Assembly: GCA_003241175.1 (NCBI GenBank)
Contig: QFOI01000001.1
Location: 1 to 62,821 of the forward strand
DNA length: 62,821 nt
Source of the DNA: Pseudopedobacter saltans
Lineage (GTDB): Bacteria > Bacteroidota > Bacteroidia > Chitinophagales > Chitinophagaceae
Reading direction: 5' to 3'
The notes below the pieces were generated by a model. That model did no database searches. It was given only the letters and a program-made list of their open reading frames with translations, and was not told the DNA's origin. Below, one piece after another: positions 1-10,054 of the stretch (its first letter is position 1; every line of letters begins with the position of its first letter). Made by a program: the position numbers and the translations under genes.

Positions 1-497
1 AAGCAAGACCTGAAATCTATGCCTATGGTTTTCGTAATCCTGATGGGTTAGACTGGAATCCTGTCACAGGCGCTTTATGGGAAGCTGAGTTTGGCCCAAG
101 AGGAGGTGACGAGATCAACATTATTCGCCCTGGTAAAAACTATGGTTGGCCCATCATCTCCTACGGTATTGAATATAGCGGTGAAAAAGTAGGAGACGGC
201 ATACAACAAAAAACAGGGATGGAACAGCCAATTTATTATTTTGATCCGGTCGTATCGCCGGGAAGCATGACCTTTTACATTGGAAACAAAATCCCAGAAT
301 GGAAAAATGATTTGTTTCTATCCGGGTTAAGCGGTTCTTGTTTGGTCCGTTTGAAAATCGAAAACAATAAAGTAGTGGGAGAGGAGCGCCTTTTGTTTGG
401 GATGGGAGAGCGTTTTCGCAGGATAAAAACAGGCTCGGATGGAAATCTTTACGTCGTAACGGATTCAGGTAAACTCATGCGTATCGTAAAACAGTAA
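1..497 (+). CDS. PQQ-dependent sugar dehydrogenase (glucose/sorbosone dehydrogenase family), 5'-truncated by the window edge
   Basis: The frame of ORF 219-497 is open back to nt 3 and reads ARPEIYAYGFRNPDGLDWNPVTGALWEAEFGPRGGDEINIIRPGKNYGWP; GxRNP, GPRGGDE and GxNYGWP are family motifs. Confidence 0.9.
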   Translation, partial: ARPEIYAYGFRNPDGLDWNPVTGALWEAEFGPRGGDEINIIRPGKNYGWPIISYGIEYSGEKVGDGIQQKTGMEQPIYYFDPVVSPGSMTFYIGNKIPEWKNDLFLSGLSGSCLVRLKIENNKVVGEERLLFGMGERFRRIKTGSDGNLYVVTDSGKLMRIVKQ

Positions 498-503
498 TGG
501 AAG

Positions 504-1601
504 ATGGAATTGGTAAAACCTGTTTTTGAAAAGGAAGAAATAGACGGATTTTACAAAAAACTAAAAGCGGAAGTGCAAGCACTTGTATTGGAAAATCCAG
601 AATTACAGAGAAAAAACACGCAAAAGGCCATTTTTCTTTTGGTTGTGTATTGGTTGTTTTATGCATTGATTTTACTGGAGGGAAGCAATGCTTTTTGCTT
701 GTTTGCTTTTTATATATTGATGGGAGTTGCAATGATTGTTATGTTTGTCAACAGTATACATGACGCGGCTCATCAATGTGCTTTCCGCAATAAAAGATGG
801 AATAATCTCTATGTCAAAAACTTAGAACTTTTCGGTGGCAATAGTTTTATTTGGGTAAAAAGACATAATCTTTTGCATCATCCTCATGCCAATATCCAGG
901 ATTGGGACATTGATATAAAACAGAGTAAATTGGTACGCATTTTTCCTAATTCAGTATGGGAACATTACCACCGTTACCAGCATATCTACATGTTTTTTTT
1001 GTATCCGTTCTACACGATCAATTGGTTGTTTGTACGAGATTTCAAGGATTTTTTTGAAAAAAAAGACAATATATTAAAACGTGTCGTTCACATTCCTCGA
1101 ATCGAATATTTGAAACTTTTTTTCTTCAAGTTTCTTAATATTTTCTATTTACTTATAGTTCCGTATTGGATTTTGGATCAGGATTTCGGTACTGTTTTCG
1201 GCGCTTGGATGATGATGCATCTTGTGTCTAGTATGGTAGGCGTTGTCGCGCTGGTCTCCACACATGCAGACGAAGAGGCAGAATTTCCAGAAGCGCCAAT
1301 CGATGGAAAAATGAATACTTCTTGGGCTGTTCACCAGATTTCCGTTACAAAAGATTTTAGTGCCAATAATCGCTTGGCGACTTTTCTGTATGGAGGATTT
1401 ACGCACCATGTGGCGCATCATCTATTTCCACATTTGGCACATACTTACTATCCTTACATTACGCCTATTATCTGCCGTTATGCCAATATGTACCATATCC
1501 CTTACAAATCTTATCCGGCACTTGCGGCGATCCATTCGCATTTTATGCTACTGAAAAACAGAGGAATACAAGAAAATATTTTCAGAGTGGGGGAGTTGTG
1601 A
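504..1601 (+). CDS. Membrane fatty acid desaturase family protein
   Basis: Three His boxes HDAAH, HNLLHH, HVAHHLFP plus hydrophobic TM segments. Confidence 0.9.
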   Translation: MELVKPVFEKEEIDGFYKKLKAEVQALVLENPELQRKNTQKAIFLLVVYWLFYALILLEGSNAFCLFAFYILMGVAMIVMFVNSIHDAAHQCAFRNKRWNNLYVKNLELFGGNSFIWVKRHNLLHHPHANIQDWDIDIKQSKLVRIFPNSVWEHYHRYQHIYMFFLYPFYTINWLFVRDFKDFFEKKDNILKRVVHIPRIEYLKLFFFKFLNIFYLLIVPYWILDQDFGTVFGAWMMMHLVSSMVGVVALVSTHADEEAEFPEAPIDGKMNTSWAVHQISVTKDFSANNRLATFLYGGFTHHVAHHLFPHLAHTYYPYITPIICRYANMYHIPYKSYPALAAIHSHFMLLKNRGIQENIFRVGEL

Positions 1602-1636
1602 TTTAATAGAACCAATACAATCATTTTCCAAAATCC

Positions 1637-1644
1637 TATCTTTG
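1637..1644 (+). promoter_or_regulatory. Bacteroidota -7 promoter element upstream of fabD
   Basis: TATCTTTG matches TAnnTTTG, 20 nt before the ATG. Confidence 0.6.
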
Positions 1645-1664
1645 CCGACCATAAAAAATGTATA

Positions 1665-2555
1665 ATGAGTAAACATGCCTTTGTATTCCCTGGACAGGGA
1701 AGTCAGTTCCCAGGAATGGGAAAGGACCTATACGATAGCAATCCGATTGCAAAAGAACTATTTGAAAAAGCAGATGAAATTATTGGTTTCAAGATCAGTG
1801 ATATTATGTTCAACGGTACCGCCGATGATCTAAAACAAACCAACGTTACACAACCTGCCGTTTTTTTGCATTCTGTTATTGCTTTCAAAACGATTGCGGA
1901 TGCAAAACCAGAAATGGTTGCTGGACACTCTTTAGGTGAATTTTCCGCATTGGTTGCCAATGGTGTATTGACTTTTGAATCTGCTTTGAAATTAGTAGCC
2001 ATTCGTGCAAGTGCGATGCAGAAAGCTTGTGAATTACAACCCGGAACGATGGCAGCAGTTTTAGCTTTGGCAGACGATAAAGTGGAAGAAATATGTGCTG
2101 AAATAACAAAAGAAGGTGAAATAGTAGTCGCTGCTAACTACAACTGTCCTGGACAGTTGGTCATTAGTGGATCTACCAAAGGCATTGAGATTGCTTGTGA
2201 ACGTATGAAAGCTGCCGGAGCAAAAAGAGCATTGCCTTTACCAGTTGGAGGTGCATTCCATTCGCCTTTGATGGCTCCTGCCAAAGCTGAATTGGAACAA
2301 GCAATATTGGCAACAGAATTCAAAACCCCAACAGCAGCCGTTTACCAAAACGTTGTAGCGCAGGCGGTTACGGATCCAAAAGCGATCCAACAAAACCTTA
2401 TTGCGCAATTGACTGGTGCTGTTAAATGGACGCAAAGTGTACAGGCAATGATTGCAGACGGAGCCACCAGATTTACGGAAGTTGGCCCTGGAAAAGTATT
2501 GCAAGGTTTGGTCGCTAAGATCAACAAAGACATAGCGACTGACGGAGTTAGTTAA
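1665..2555 (+). CDS. fabD: Malonyl-CoA:ACP transacylase
   Basis: FPGQGSQ, GHSLGE, GAFHS, EVGPGKVL motifs. Confidence 0.97.
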   Translation: MSKHAFVFPGQGSQFPGMGKDLYDSNPIAKELFEKADEIIGFKISDIMFNGTADDLKQTNVTQPAVFLHSVIAFKTIADAKPEMVAGHSLGEFSALVANGVLTFESALKLVAIRASAMQKACELQPGTMAAVLALADDKVEEICAEITKEGEIVVAANYNCPGQLVISGSTKGIEIACERMKAAGAKRALPLPVGGAFHSPLMAPAKAELEQAILATEFKTPTAAVYQNVVAQAVTDPKAIQQNLIAQLTGAVKWTQSVQAMIADGATRFTEVGPGKVLQGLVAKINKDIATDGVS

Positions 2556-2633
2556 TCTTATATCTCGCTCATAACACTTTTTTACGGAGCAGTCCGTATC
2601 GATTAGTTATCTTTGAAAATATAATTAGCAACA

Positions 2634-3335
2634 ATGGCAGAAAACGTAATTTCCGTAAAGAATGCAAATATCTATCAGGGACAAAACCTGGTATTACAAA
2701 ACGTCTATTTTTCCGTACAGGCAGGTGAATTCCTTTATTTGGTTGGAAAAACGGGAACAGGGAAAAGTAGTCTTTTGAAAACGCTTTACGGCGAATTGCC
2801 TTTGAAAGAAGGGGAAGCGGAAGTTGCTGGTTTTGATATCAAAACGTTGAATTGGAAAACCGTTCCTTACTTGCGACGTAAGTTGGGTGTTGTATTTCAG
2901 GATTTCAATCTTCTAACCGATCGTAACGTTTACAAAAATCTGGAATTTGTATTGAAAGCTACAGGTTGGAAAGATAAAGCCTTGATGGATGACAAGATCA
3001 ATGAAGTTTTGGATAAAGTCGGTTTGAAAAGTAAAAGTTTCAAAATGCCTTTTGAAATGTCGGGGGGTGAGCAACAACGTGTCGATATTGCACGCGCTTT
3101 GCTCAATTCACCTAAATTGATATTGGCGGATGAACCTACCGGAAACCTTGATCCTGAAACGAGTGACGAGATCATGCAGCTATTGACTAGTATCAGCCGT
3201 GATTTTGGAACTGCCGTTGTCATGGCAACACACGATTTCATCGTTATCGAAAATTATCCTTCCAGAATATTGAAAACAGAAAAAGGTGCTGTATTGGATA
3301 GTAACGTTACAGAGGTAGTTGCGGAAAGACTATAA
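2634..3335 (+). CDS. ftsE: FtsE-like ABC ATP-binding protein
   Basis: Walker A GKTGTGKS, LRRKLGVVFQDF, SGGEQQR, LADEPTGNLD, ATHD; TATCTTTG at 2608-2615. Confidence 0.85.
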   Translation: MAENVISVKNANIYQGQNLVLQNVYFSVQAGEFLYLVGKTGTGKSSLLKTLYGELPLKEGEAEVAGFDIKTLNWKTVPYLRRKLGVVFQDFNLLTDRNVYKNLEFVLKATGWKDKALMDDKINEVLDKVGLKSKSFKMPFEMSGGEQQRVDIARALLNSPKLILADEPTGNLDPETSDEIMQLLTSISRDFGTAVVMATHDFIVIENYPSRILKTEKGAVLDSNVTEVVAERL

Positions 3336-3357
3336 GATTTACTGAAAATATATGATG

Positions 3358-4491
3358 CTATGTTTCGAAAAGCTGTTGCTTGAGAAGCATAGCATTTTTT
3401 TTGTTGTCAAATATTTTATCCAATATAGTTGTACGAAAATCAATGTCTTTTTGTGAGAATGATTGCTCAAACAGGTTCATAATTTTTTCTTGAAAATCTT
3501 CAGCAGAATTGGCAACTGTACAAAGTTGTTCCAATCCGGAATCCTTAACCGTGGCCTCATTAACCAAACAAAAACGCCCATTGTACAAGGCATTGAGCAG
3601 TTTTATCTTGATTCCAGTAGCATTGAAAGACGGTAAAATGTGTATATGCGCATTCTCAATCAAGGCATTCATTTCTTGGTCAGATGGATTTTCGAACCAT
3701 GAAATTCGAGTATTGTTTGAGTGATATTGGCGAACAAATTTTCCATTTGATTTTCCGGCAACATAAAGCCTCACGTCTATTTTGGTAAAAACGTTTTGTA
3801 TCAACCATTTGACGGCTTCTTGATTTTCTTCCACATCCAAATTTCCTTGATAGAGACAAAAAGTTCCCTTTCCAAGTAACGAATTTTTTATTTTCCAATC
3901 GGGTAAAAAAAGAGGCAAGTAAGAAACGTTTTTACAGTTTAGTTGAGTTTCATATATTTTCTTGTCTAACAATGAAACGGTATTGAAACTATATCCTTTA
4001 TCAACCAGAAATTTTTCCCATACTTTAAGGCGTTTTGATTCAGATTTATAGTAGATACGTTTCACTATATTCAATGTAGAATTAGCTAGATTGTCATAAT
4101 AGACATATTCCGCATTGTGTAGTCTGATGATTATTTTTCTACTTCCTGTTATTAATGGGGCAATACCTGAGCAGTGAATTCCTTCTATCAAGACTGGAGC
4201 TTTGTCTTGGTTGATAGTTTGTACAAGTTCTTTTATAATACGGCTTTTGACAATGTAGGGCAAACCCCATAAATGTATTGGAAATATCTTTTTTCTTTTA
4301 TAGTAGGAAACTTTTGTGCAATATTTTTCTAGTTCGGGTTGATGGATGTTACTTCCATATTGGATACAATGCAGATGAATCGCCACCCCGTTTTCCTTCA
4401 ATGCTTTTAGTTTATAAAACAAGTCAAAAATCCCACCATAATTGACGGGATAAGGTATAGTGAAGCAGACAATATGGAGTTTATCGTTCAT
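3358..4491 (-). CDS. Glycosyltransferase (GT-B, GT4-like)
   Basis: PYPVNYGG N-terminus, HNAEY, TGIKIKLLNAL C-terminal GT-B motif. Confidence 0.8.
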   Translation of the reverse strand: MNDKLHIVCFTIPYPVNYGGIFDLFYKLKALKENGVAIHLHCIQYGSNIHQPELEKYCTKVSYYKRKKIFPIHLWGLPYIVKSRIIKELVQTINQDKAPVLIEGIHCSGIAPLITGSRKIIIRLHNAEYVYYDNLANSTLNIVKRIYYKSESKRLKVWEKFLVDKGYSFNTVSLLDKKIYETQLNCKNVSYLPLFLPDWKIKNSLLGKGTFCLYQGNLDVEENQEAVKWLIQNVFTKIDVRLYVAGKSNGKFVRQYHSNNTRISWFENPSDQEMNALIENAHIHILPSFNATGIKIKLLNALYNGRFCLVNEATVKDSGLEQLCTVANSAEDFQEKIMNLFEQSFSQKDIDFRTTILDKIFDNKKNAMLLKQQLFET

Positions 4492-5503
4492 TTATCCTAG
4501 CGGATTTGTACATGTTTCTTATAATATTAACCACGGCTTTTCCATCTTCAGCTGTTGACACCAACGGCTTTCCGAAGCGTAAATTTTCAACAACATTTTC
4601 GATAACTTTATCATGATTATTCATACTTCCTTGATAGAAGCCATAATCATTCGATAATCTATTTTCCATACTTGGAATTAGTATGCTTTTGTTTGCTATT
4701 TGGAAGTAACTCACCTCGTTGAGGTATTGTCCTCCGATTTTGACTGTTCCTTTTTCCGCAATAATAGTTAGGGAGCTTTCCATGTTTTGCTCAAATGAGC
4801 AAATAGAATAATTGAAATTTATTATAGATCCATTTTTCGATTGCATTACAAATGATCCGGAATCCTCTATCTCTATATAAGAATGATTATAGTTTGCAGT
4901 CATTCCTCCTAAATAGTTTTGGATATCTCCGTTTAGGTAATACAAAATATCTACGAAATGACTAAATTGGGTAAATAATACACCTCCATCTTTCTCTTTT
5001 GTACCTCGCCAATTGTTCTGACTATAATAGTTCTGGCTTCGGTTCCAGATGCAATTAATTTGTATCTGAAATATTTTTCCTAGTTCGTTGGTTTCAATCA
5101 ATTTTTTGATCCATCGTGCAGAAGGTGCATAGCGGTTTTGCATAACTGTAAATATTTTTTTGCCGACTTTTTCCGCTTTCAAAATCATACTTTCACAGTC
5201 TGAAACCTTTAACGCCATTGGTTTTTCTACAATAATATTACAGCCATTTTCCAAACCAATCAATGTATGTTCGCAATGCAAATAGTTAGGTGTACAAACG
5301 CATAACACATCTAAACTATAAGTGCTCAACATTTTTTCCAACAATGAGAATGTTTGTACTTTATTTGAATTTATATTTTTTGTTGTATTGATATCAATAT
5401 CGCAAACGGCGATCAACTCCGAGTCAGGATGTGCAATTATATGTTGGTAATGCTTTTTTCCAATATGACCATATCCTACAATGCCAAATCGTATTTTACT
5501 CAT
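4481..5503 (-). CDS. Gfo/Idh/MocA oxidoreductase (WbpB/WlbA-like nucleotide-sugar dehydrogenase)
   Basis: GYGHIG Rossmann motif, VCTPNYLH, EKPM, WRGTKEKDGG; start reassigned to MSKIRFG at 5503, overlapping the upstream GT stop. Confidence 0.85.
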   Translation of the reverse strand: MSKIRFGIVGYGHIGKKHYQHIIAHPDSELIAVCDIDINTTKNINSNKVQTFSLLEKMLSTYSLDVLCVCTPNYLHCEHTLIGLENGCNIIVEKPMALKVSDCESMILKAEKVGKKIFTVMQNRYAPSARWIKKLIETNELGKIFQIQINCIWNRSQNYYSQNNWRGTKEKDGGVLFTQFSHFVDILYYLNGDIQNYLGGMTANYNHSYIEIEDSGSFVMQSKNGSIINFNYSICSFEQNMESSLTIIAEKGTVKIGGQYLNEVSYFQIANKSILIPSMENRLSNDYGFYQGSMNNHDKVIENVVENLRFGKPLVSTAEDGKAVVNIIRNMYKSARINER

Positions 5504-6596
5504 TTTCGAAAAGAGATTTATAAAAATCCAAAAGAATTTTTGATTCTTGTTGCCAGTTGAGTGTTTTTCTTGCGGACATAGCGTTATTTTTAAGCTGATG
5601 ATACAATATTGGATCACAGATCAGCTTGTTCATTGCGCCTTCCAAAGTTACAGTCTCTATGTCAGGAATCATATAGGCAAATTGATATTGATCGTTAATA
5701 GCTTTGTATTCTGGAAAATCGATACAGATCTGTGGAATCCCCGCCATCATAAAGTCAAAAAACTTGTTTGCCAAAGAATAATACAAACTCAAACCACAAT
5801 TTTCGACAATCATAATGCCTGCGAACATGTGAGGCGTAATTGCTTGCAATTTTTCTGGTAAAACATTCCCCATAAGTTTTACTTTTTTTTCCAAATCATT
5901 ATCTCTGATGAGTTGCCTAGTTTTGTCAAAAAAATTACCCTCGCCATAAATCTGAAACTCAGCATCCACATATTTCATGGAGGGAATCAATGTTTCAAAA
6001 CCGCGACCTTCATTGACTGCTCCTTGATAAATAAAAATTTTTCCTGTAGGATAATCGGCTGTTATGTCCTCATGATAAAAAGGCAGGTTACGTACTATTG
6101 CATAATTGACATGATAAAGTTCCGATAAATTATTTTGGATGAATGTATTAACCGTATAACCAAATCGGAATCTTGGAACAGCAAATCTCTCTATTGATTT
6201 CCAAATCTTGTGGATTCTAGGCCGGGTAACGATTTCCTTCATTTCCGTAAAAAGTTCGTGCGCATCATAAACACGTCTACTATTGCGAAAAATGCTGATA
6301 AAATAAACAGGCAATATCGTATCAAGGTCAATGGCGCAAATAGCATCAGACCGTTGAAACAAAAGATAAAAAAACAACCGAAAATTATACTCCACATAAA
6401 AAAGTGGACCGGAAGAAAAAAAACAGCGCAGTCTTTTCTGTTGGAAGATTTGCGAAGAAAGAGTCTTTGAACTTTTCGATCGTCGACCAATTAGTTTTAC
6501 GATGTAACCATTTTGCTGAAGCGTACTGCAGATACGCTGCATGCGCTGATCAAAATTGAGGTCATTGGTAACCGTAAAAAGAATTTTTTTTGCCAA
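5496..6596 (-). CDS. Glycosyltransferase family 4
   Basis: VTNDLNFDQR, YDAHE, YQGAVNEGRG, SLANKFFDFMMAGIP; TTG start. Confidence 0.85.
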   Translation of the reverse strand: MAKKILFTVTNDLNFDQRMQRICSTLQQNGYIVKLIGRRSKSSKTLSSQIFQQKRLRCFFSSGPLFYVEYNFRLFFYLLFQRSDAICAIDLDTILPVYFISIFRNSRRVYDAHELFTEMKEIVTRPRIHKIWKSIERFAVPRFRFGYTVNTFIQNNLSELYHVNYAIVRNLPFYHEDITADYPTGKIFIYQGAVNEGRGFETLIPSMKYVDAEFQIYGEGNFFDKTRQLIRDNDLEKKVKLMGNVLPEKLQAITPHMFAGIMIVENCGLSLYYSLANKFFDFMMAGIPQICIDFPEYKAINDQYQFAYMIPDIETVTLEGAMNKLICDPILYHQLKNNAMSARKTLNWQQESKILLDFYKSLFENE

Positions 6597-6641
6597 AATA
6601 AGGATTCCTGTTTTCCCTTTTAAAACGCTAAAAGTGGTCGA

Positions 6642-7013
6642 TTATTTCTTTGGGAGCTTGTATTTCAGTTGCACAGGAGCAACTCCTTGGTCCAACATTC
6701 CTATTTTTTTCGCAGCTAACCAACTTAGATCAATATCACGACCAGCAACAAACGGGCCTCGATCGTTGATACGCACTTTGACTGATTTTCCATTTGTCAT
6801 ATTGGTCACTTTTACTTTCGTTCCGAACGGTAAGGTTTTGGACGCTGCTGTCTTTTTGTATTTGGCAAACGTTTCGCCATTGGCAGTTTTCTTTCCAATA
6901 AAATTTCCAGCGTAATAGGACGCCTTACCGGATTGTACGATTGATTTGGAACAGGAAACAAACGTGGTCAATCCTATTAGAAACAAAGCAAAATTTATCT
7001 TTCGTATGTTCAT
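6642..7013 (-). CDS. rlpA: Septal ring lytic transglycosylase RlpA family lipoprotein
   Basis: [30 protein letters not shown]; lipobox FVSC; start reassigned to MNIRK. Confidence 0.9.
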   Translation of the reverse strand: MNIRKINFALFLIGLTTFVSCSKSIVQSGKASYYAGNFIGKKTANGETFAKYKKTAASKTLPFGTKVKVTNMTNGKSVKVRINDRGPFVAGRDIDLSWLAAKKIGMLDQGVAPVQLKYKLPKK

Positions 7014-7118
7014 TCTTGAATCATTTGAAACAATTAATCCGTGACAAAGTAGCCAATTTTGCCAGAAATAAAAAACGCCAATGGTTTCCCATTGACGCAA
7101 CTATTTTGAGTTTTATAC

Positions 7119-7811
7119 CTATTGCCAAAATCCTTCTGCTTTTATATTGCCGTTAAACGTCGAATGCGATTTCAAGAATTTTCTAAACTTCACAACTGAA
7201 GGAATATTTCCCACCACAAAAACAGTTTGTGCCAATAAAGTGTGGTTTTCCAGCCAACCTTCCCATTTATCGTGGAAAGCAGTGTTTTCGTTCAGTACAA
7301 TAGGCTGATAGTTGGATTTGAAATATTCACTGAATTCCAGCGCATGGTTGGGGTAACGGAAACAGATACCGCCAGTAATGTTGCTTTTTTCTTTGGCTAG
7401 ATATTCCAAAGCGAGTAAATGTGCCATGGCACTCACATCACCAAAACCGAGCATTGTGCCTGAAACTGGGCGATGAGGGGTCTTACCAATACCAATATAT
7501 TCTATGGATATGTTTTTGGTTAACATCTTGGCCCAGTCGGTGCCGGGGCCACCGTGTTCCAAATCCAAAATCAAAGTACAAGTATGCGTTTCTGCGTCCC
7601 AATATACAGGTGTATAGTCTCTATAAGTGGCGTCTGCAACTTTCATCTTGATGTGCTGAACGCTGTCCCATCTGGACATATCCGCATCAGGTAAGTAGAG
7701 GTCAATCTCACAGATGGTTGCTGGAGACCAGAGTCTTACATCCAATACAGATCCTCTGCGCAGCATTCTTTTTTCCAACAGGTTCAAAGCCTGCCTTTTT
7801 AAGTAATTCAT
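7119..7811 (-). CDS. Siderophore-interacting protein-like FAD-binding oxidoreductase
   Basis: RDYTP, HGGPGTDWA, GDVSA and C-terminal GFW motifs. Confidence 0.75.
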   Translation of the reverse strand: MNYLKRQALNLLEKRMLRRGSVLDVRLWSPATICEIDLYLPDADMSRWDSVQHIKMKVADATYRDYTPVYWDAETHTCTLILDLEHGGPGTDWAKMLTKNISIEYIGIGKTPHRPVSGTMLGFGDVSAMAHLLALEYLAKEKSNITGGICFRYPNHALEFSEYFKSNYQPIVLNENTAFHDKWEGWLENHTLLAQTVFVVGNIPSVVKFRKFLKSHSTFNGNIKAEGFWQ

Positions 7812-7889
7812 ACGGATAAAAAATTTAAGTATGCAATACTACGAAAAAGAGGCTGCTCCAATATTGGCTATTACGAGGGAAAATATGGA

Positions 7890-8735
7890 CTATTCACGGT
7901 TTTTCTTTCTAAAAGACAGAGGACTTAAGCCTGTGTTGTTGGTAAATATCCGAGACAGATAAGCGGGATCCTCATAACCTAGTTTATAACTTATTTCTTT
8001 GATAGTGAGGCTCGTATGATACAAAAGCCGCTTGGCTTCCAATACTATTTCATAGTTGATCCAATAGGAAACCGTAAAACCAGAAACGGACTTCACGACT
8101 TCGTTGAGGTAAGACAATGATAGATGAAGGCTGTCCGCATATTGGGAAGGCTTTTTTACTGCAAGGAAATCATGCGATACATTTTCTCTAAATTGGTTAT
8201 ATAGTTGCTGCCACCTTTCGGGAATAGCTGCAGTCGATTGTGCCTCTTTACGGAAACATGCAATAAAAACTCCTACCAAACTATTGATCAGGTCTTTTTT
8301 AAGTTTGGGAGAGGAAGTTTCGGGAATATTTTTTACAATCTGCAGCATCCTTTGAAGCAATTGGAAGTGTTCGTTGTCATCCAAACTGTTGGGCACTACT
8401 TGCATATTGTCCAATTCTTGCCGATAGGACCGATGCAAAAAACCGGGCTCGACAGCGATTACCCAACCTGCATTGCCGTCAAAAAAATAAACATCGTGAA
8501 TCTGCCCTGGTTTTACGTAAAAGACAGATCTTCCATTAAGTTCAAAACATTGAAAGTCCACGTTCAATTTCAGACTACCATTTTCCAATACAAGCAAAAT
8601 GTAATATTCGTCTCGATGCTTGGTATTCATCCAGATTTCCGAACCATCATCCAAATTTTGGTAAAACCTCACAAAAAAAGAATCTTTCAGATGTGTGTGA
8701 ATGTGGTGGACGGGGATTTCTTCTTTTGGCTTCAT
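7890..8735 (-). CDS. AraC family transcriptional regulator
   Basis: Cupin N-terminus (HRDEYY, KPGQIH); C-terminal double HTH EAKRLL...IKEISYKLGYEDPAYLSRIF; start could be 8777. Confidence 0.92.
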   Translation of the reverse strand: MKPKEEIPVHHIHTHLKDSFFVRFYQNLDDGSEIWMNTKHRDEYYILLVLENGSLKLNVDFQCFELNGRSVFYVKPGQIHDVYFFDGNAGWVIAVEPGFLHRSYRQELDNMQVVPNSLDDNEHFQLLQRMLQIVKNIPETSSPKLKKDLINSLVGVFIACFRKEAQSTAAIPERWQQLYNQFRENVSHDFLAVKKPSQYADSLHLSLSYLNEVVKSVSGFTVSYWINYEIVLEAKRLLYHTSLTIKEISYKLGYEDPAYLSRIFTNNTGLSPLSFRKKNRE

Positions 8736-8802
8736 TTGTCCGATAAAATTATAGTTTTCTCCAATATATTTTGACAAAATAGAAGATCAATGCATATTAG
8801 AC

Positions 8803-8838
8803 AAAAAAAGAGCCCTATCCGAGAATAGGGCTCTTTTT
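8803..8838 (-). terminator. Intrinsic terminator after gcvT
   Basis: AAAAAGAGCCCTAT-loop-ATAGGGCTCTTTTT. Confidence 0.85.
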
Positions 8839-8857
8839 CAAACTTTCATCAGCGAAA

Positions 8858-9949
8858 CTATTCAAAAGGAAATTTCACCACTTTTGCTTTGATTTGTTTG
8901 TCGCGAATGACAATGGCTATTTCCGTACCTACGGATGCATTTTCGGTAGTTACATAACCGAGACCGATTGCCTTCCCCAAAGATGGCGCCATAGTACCAC
9001 TTGTCACACGACCAATACTGTTGCCATTGGCATCTGCGATGGCGTAATCATGACGTGGGATTCCCTTTTCAATCAATTCAAAGCCTACCAATTTGCGTGG
9101 AATTCCTGCAGCTTTTTGCGCTTCCAGTTTTTCTTTTGCCGTAAACGGTATTTCTTTTTTCAATTTGGTAATCCATCCCAATCCGGCTTCCAATGGTGAT
9201 GTCGTATCGTCAATATCATTACCATACAAACAATAACCCATTTCCAAACGTAAGGTATCGCGTGCACCCAAACCGATTGGTTTCAAACCTTGAGGTCCAC
9301 CGATTTCAAATATTTTGTCCCAAATTGTATTGGCATTGTTTCCTTTGTCTTCAAAATAGATCTCAATACCACCTGAACCTGTATAGCCTGTAGCACTGAC
9401 AATAACATCCTCCACACCGGCAAATGTTCCTTTTTGAAAAGTATAATATTTCAGGTTTTGAAGATCAATATCTGTTAGAGACTGCATGAGTTTACATGCG
9501 TTGGGGCCTTGTATTGCCAAAAGACAGGTTTTGTCACTGATATTTTTCATATCGACACCTTCGTGGTTGTGTCCAGAAACCCAATTCCAGTCTTTTTCAA
9601 TATTGGCGGCGTTGACAACCAACATATACTCTTGATTGGGGATCAAACAGTAAACGATCAAATCATCCACAATACCGCCCTCATCATTGGTAAAACAACT
9701 GTATTGTGCGTTGCCTTCTACTAGTTTGGATGCGTCGTTGCTCGTAATTCTTTGGATAAGATTCAATGCCTTTGGCCCTTTCAAAATAAACTCGCCCATG
9801 TGGCTGACGTCAAAAATGCCTGCATTGTTACGCACGGTTGCGTGCTCATCATTGATACCTGAATAACTAATCGGCATATTGTAACCAGCAAACTCAGCCA
9901 TCTTGGCACCAAGTGCAATATGCTTTTCTGTAAAAGCGGTTTGTTTCAT
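8858..9949 (-). CDS. gcvT: Glycine cleavage system aminomethyltransferase T
   Basis: [32 protein letters not shown] motifs. Confidence 0.97.
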   Translation of the reverse strand: MKQTAFTEKHIALGAKMAEFAGYNMPISYSGINDEHATVRNNAGIFDVSHMGEFILKGPKALNLIQRITSNDASKLVEGNAQYSCFTNDEGGIVDDLIVYCLIPNQEYMLVVNAANIEKDWNWVSGHNHEGVDMKNISDKTCLLAIQGPNACKLMQSLTDIDLQNLKYYTFQKGTFAGVEDVIVSATGYTGSGGIEIYFEDKGNNANTIWDKIFEIGGPQGLKPIGLGARDTLRLEMGYCLYGNDIDDTTSPLEAGLGWITKLKKEIPFTAKEKLEAQKAAGIPRKLVGFELIEKGIPRHDYAIADANGNSIGRVTSGTMAPSLGKAIGLGYVTTENASVGTEIAIVIRDKQIKAKVVKFPFE

Positions 9950-9996
9950 AAATAGTATAATAATCGATAAGAATGAATATCCAATAAATTACATCA

Positions 9997-10044
9997 GCCC
10001 CGCCCTTATTTCCCTCCCCTCGATTGGGAGGGTTACGGAGAAGT
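9997..10044. repeat. REP-like palindromic element (degenerate copy)
   Basis: CCCTCCCCTC-GATT-GGGAGGGTTACGGAGAAGT closely matches the element at 57060-57092. Confidence 0.7.
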
Positions 10045-10054
10045 TCTTATTTTC

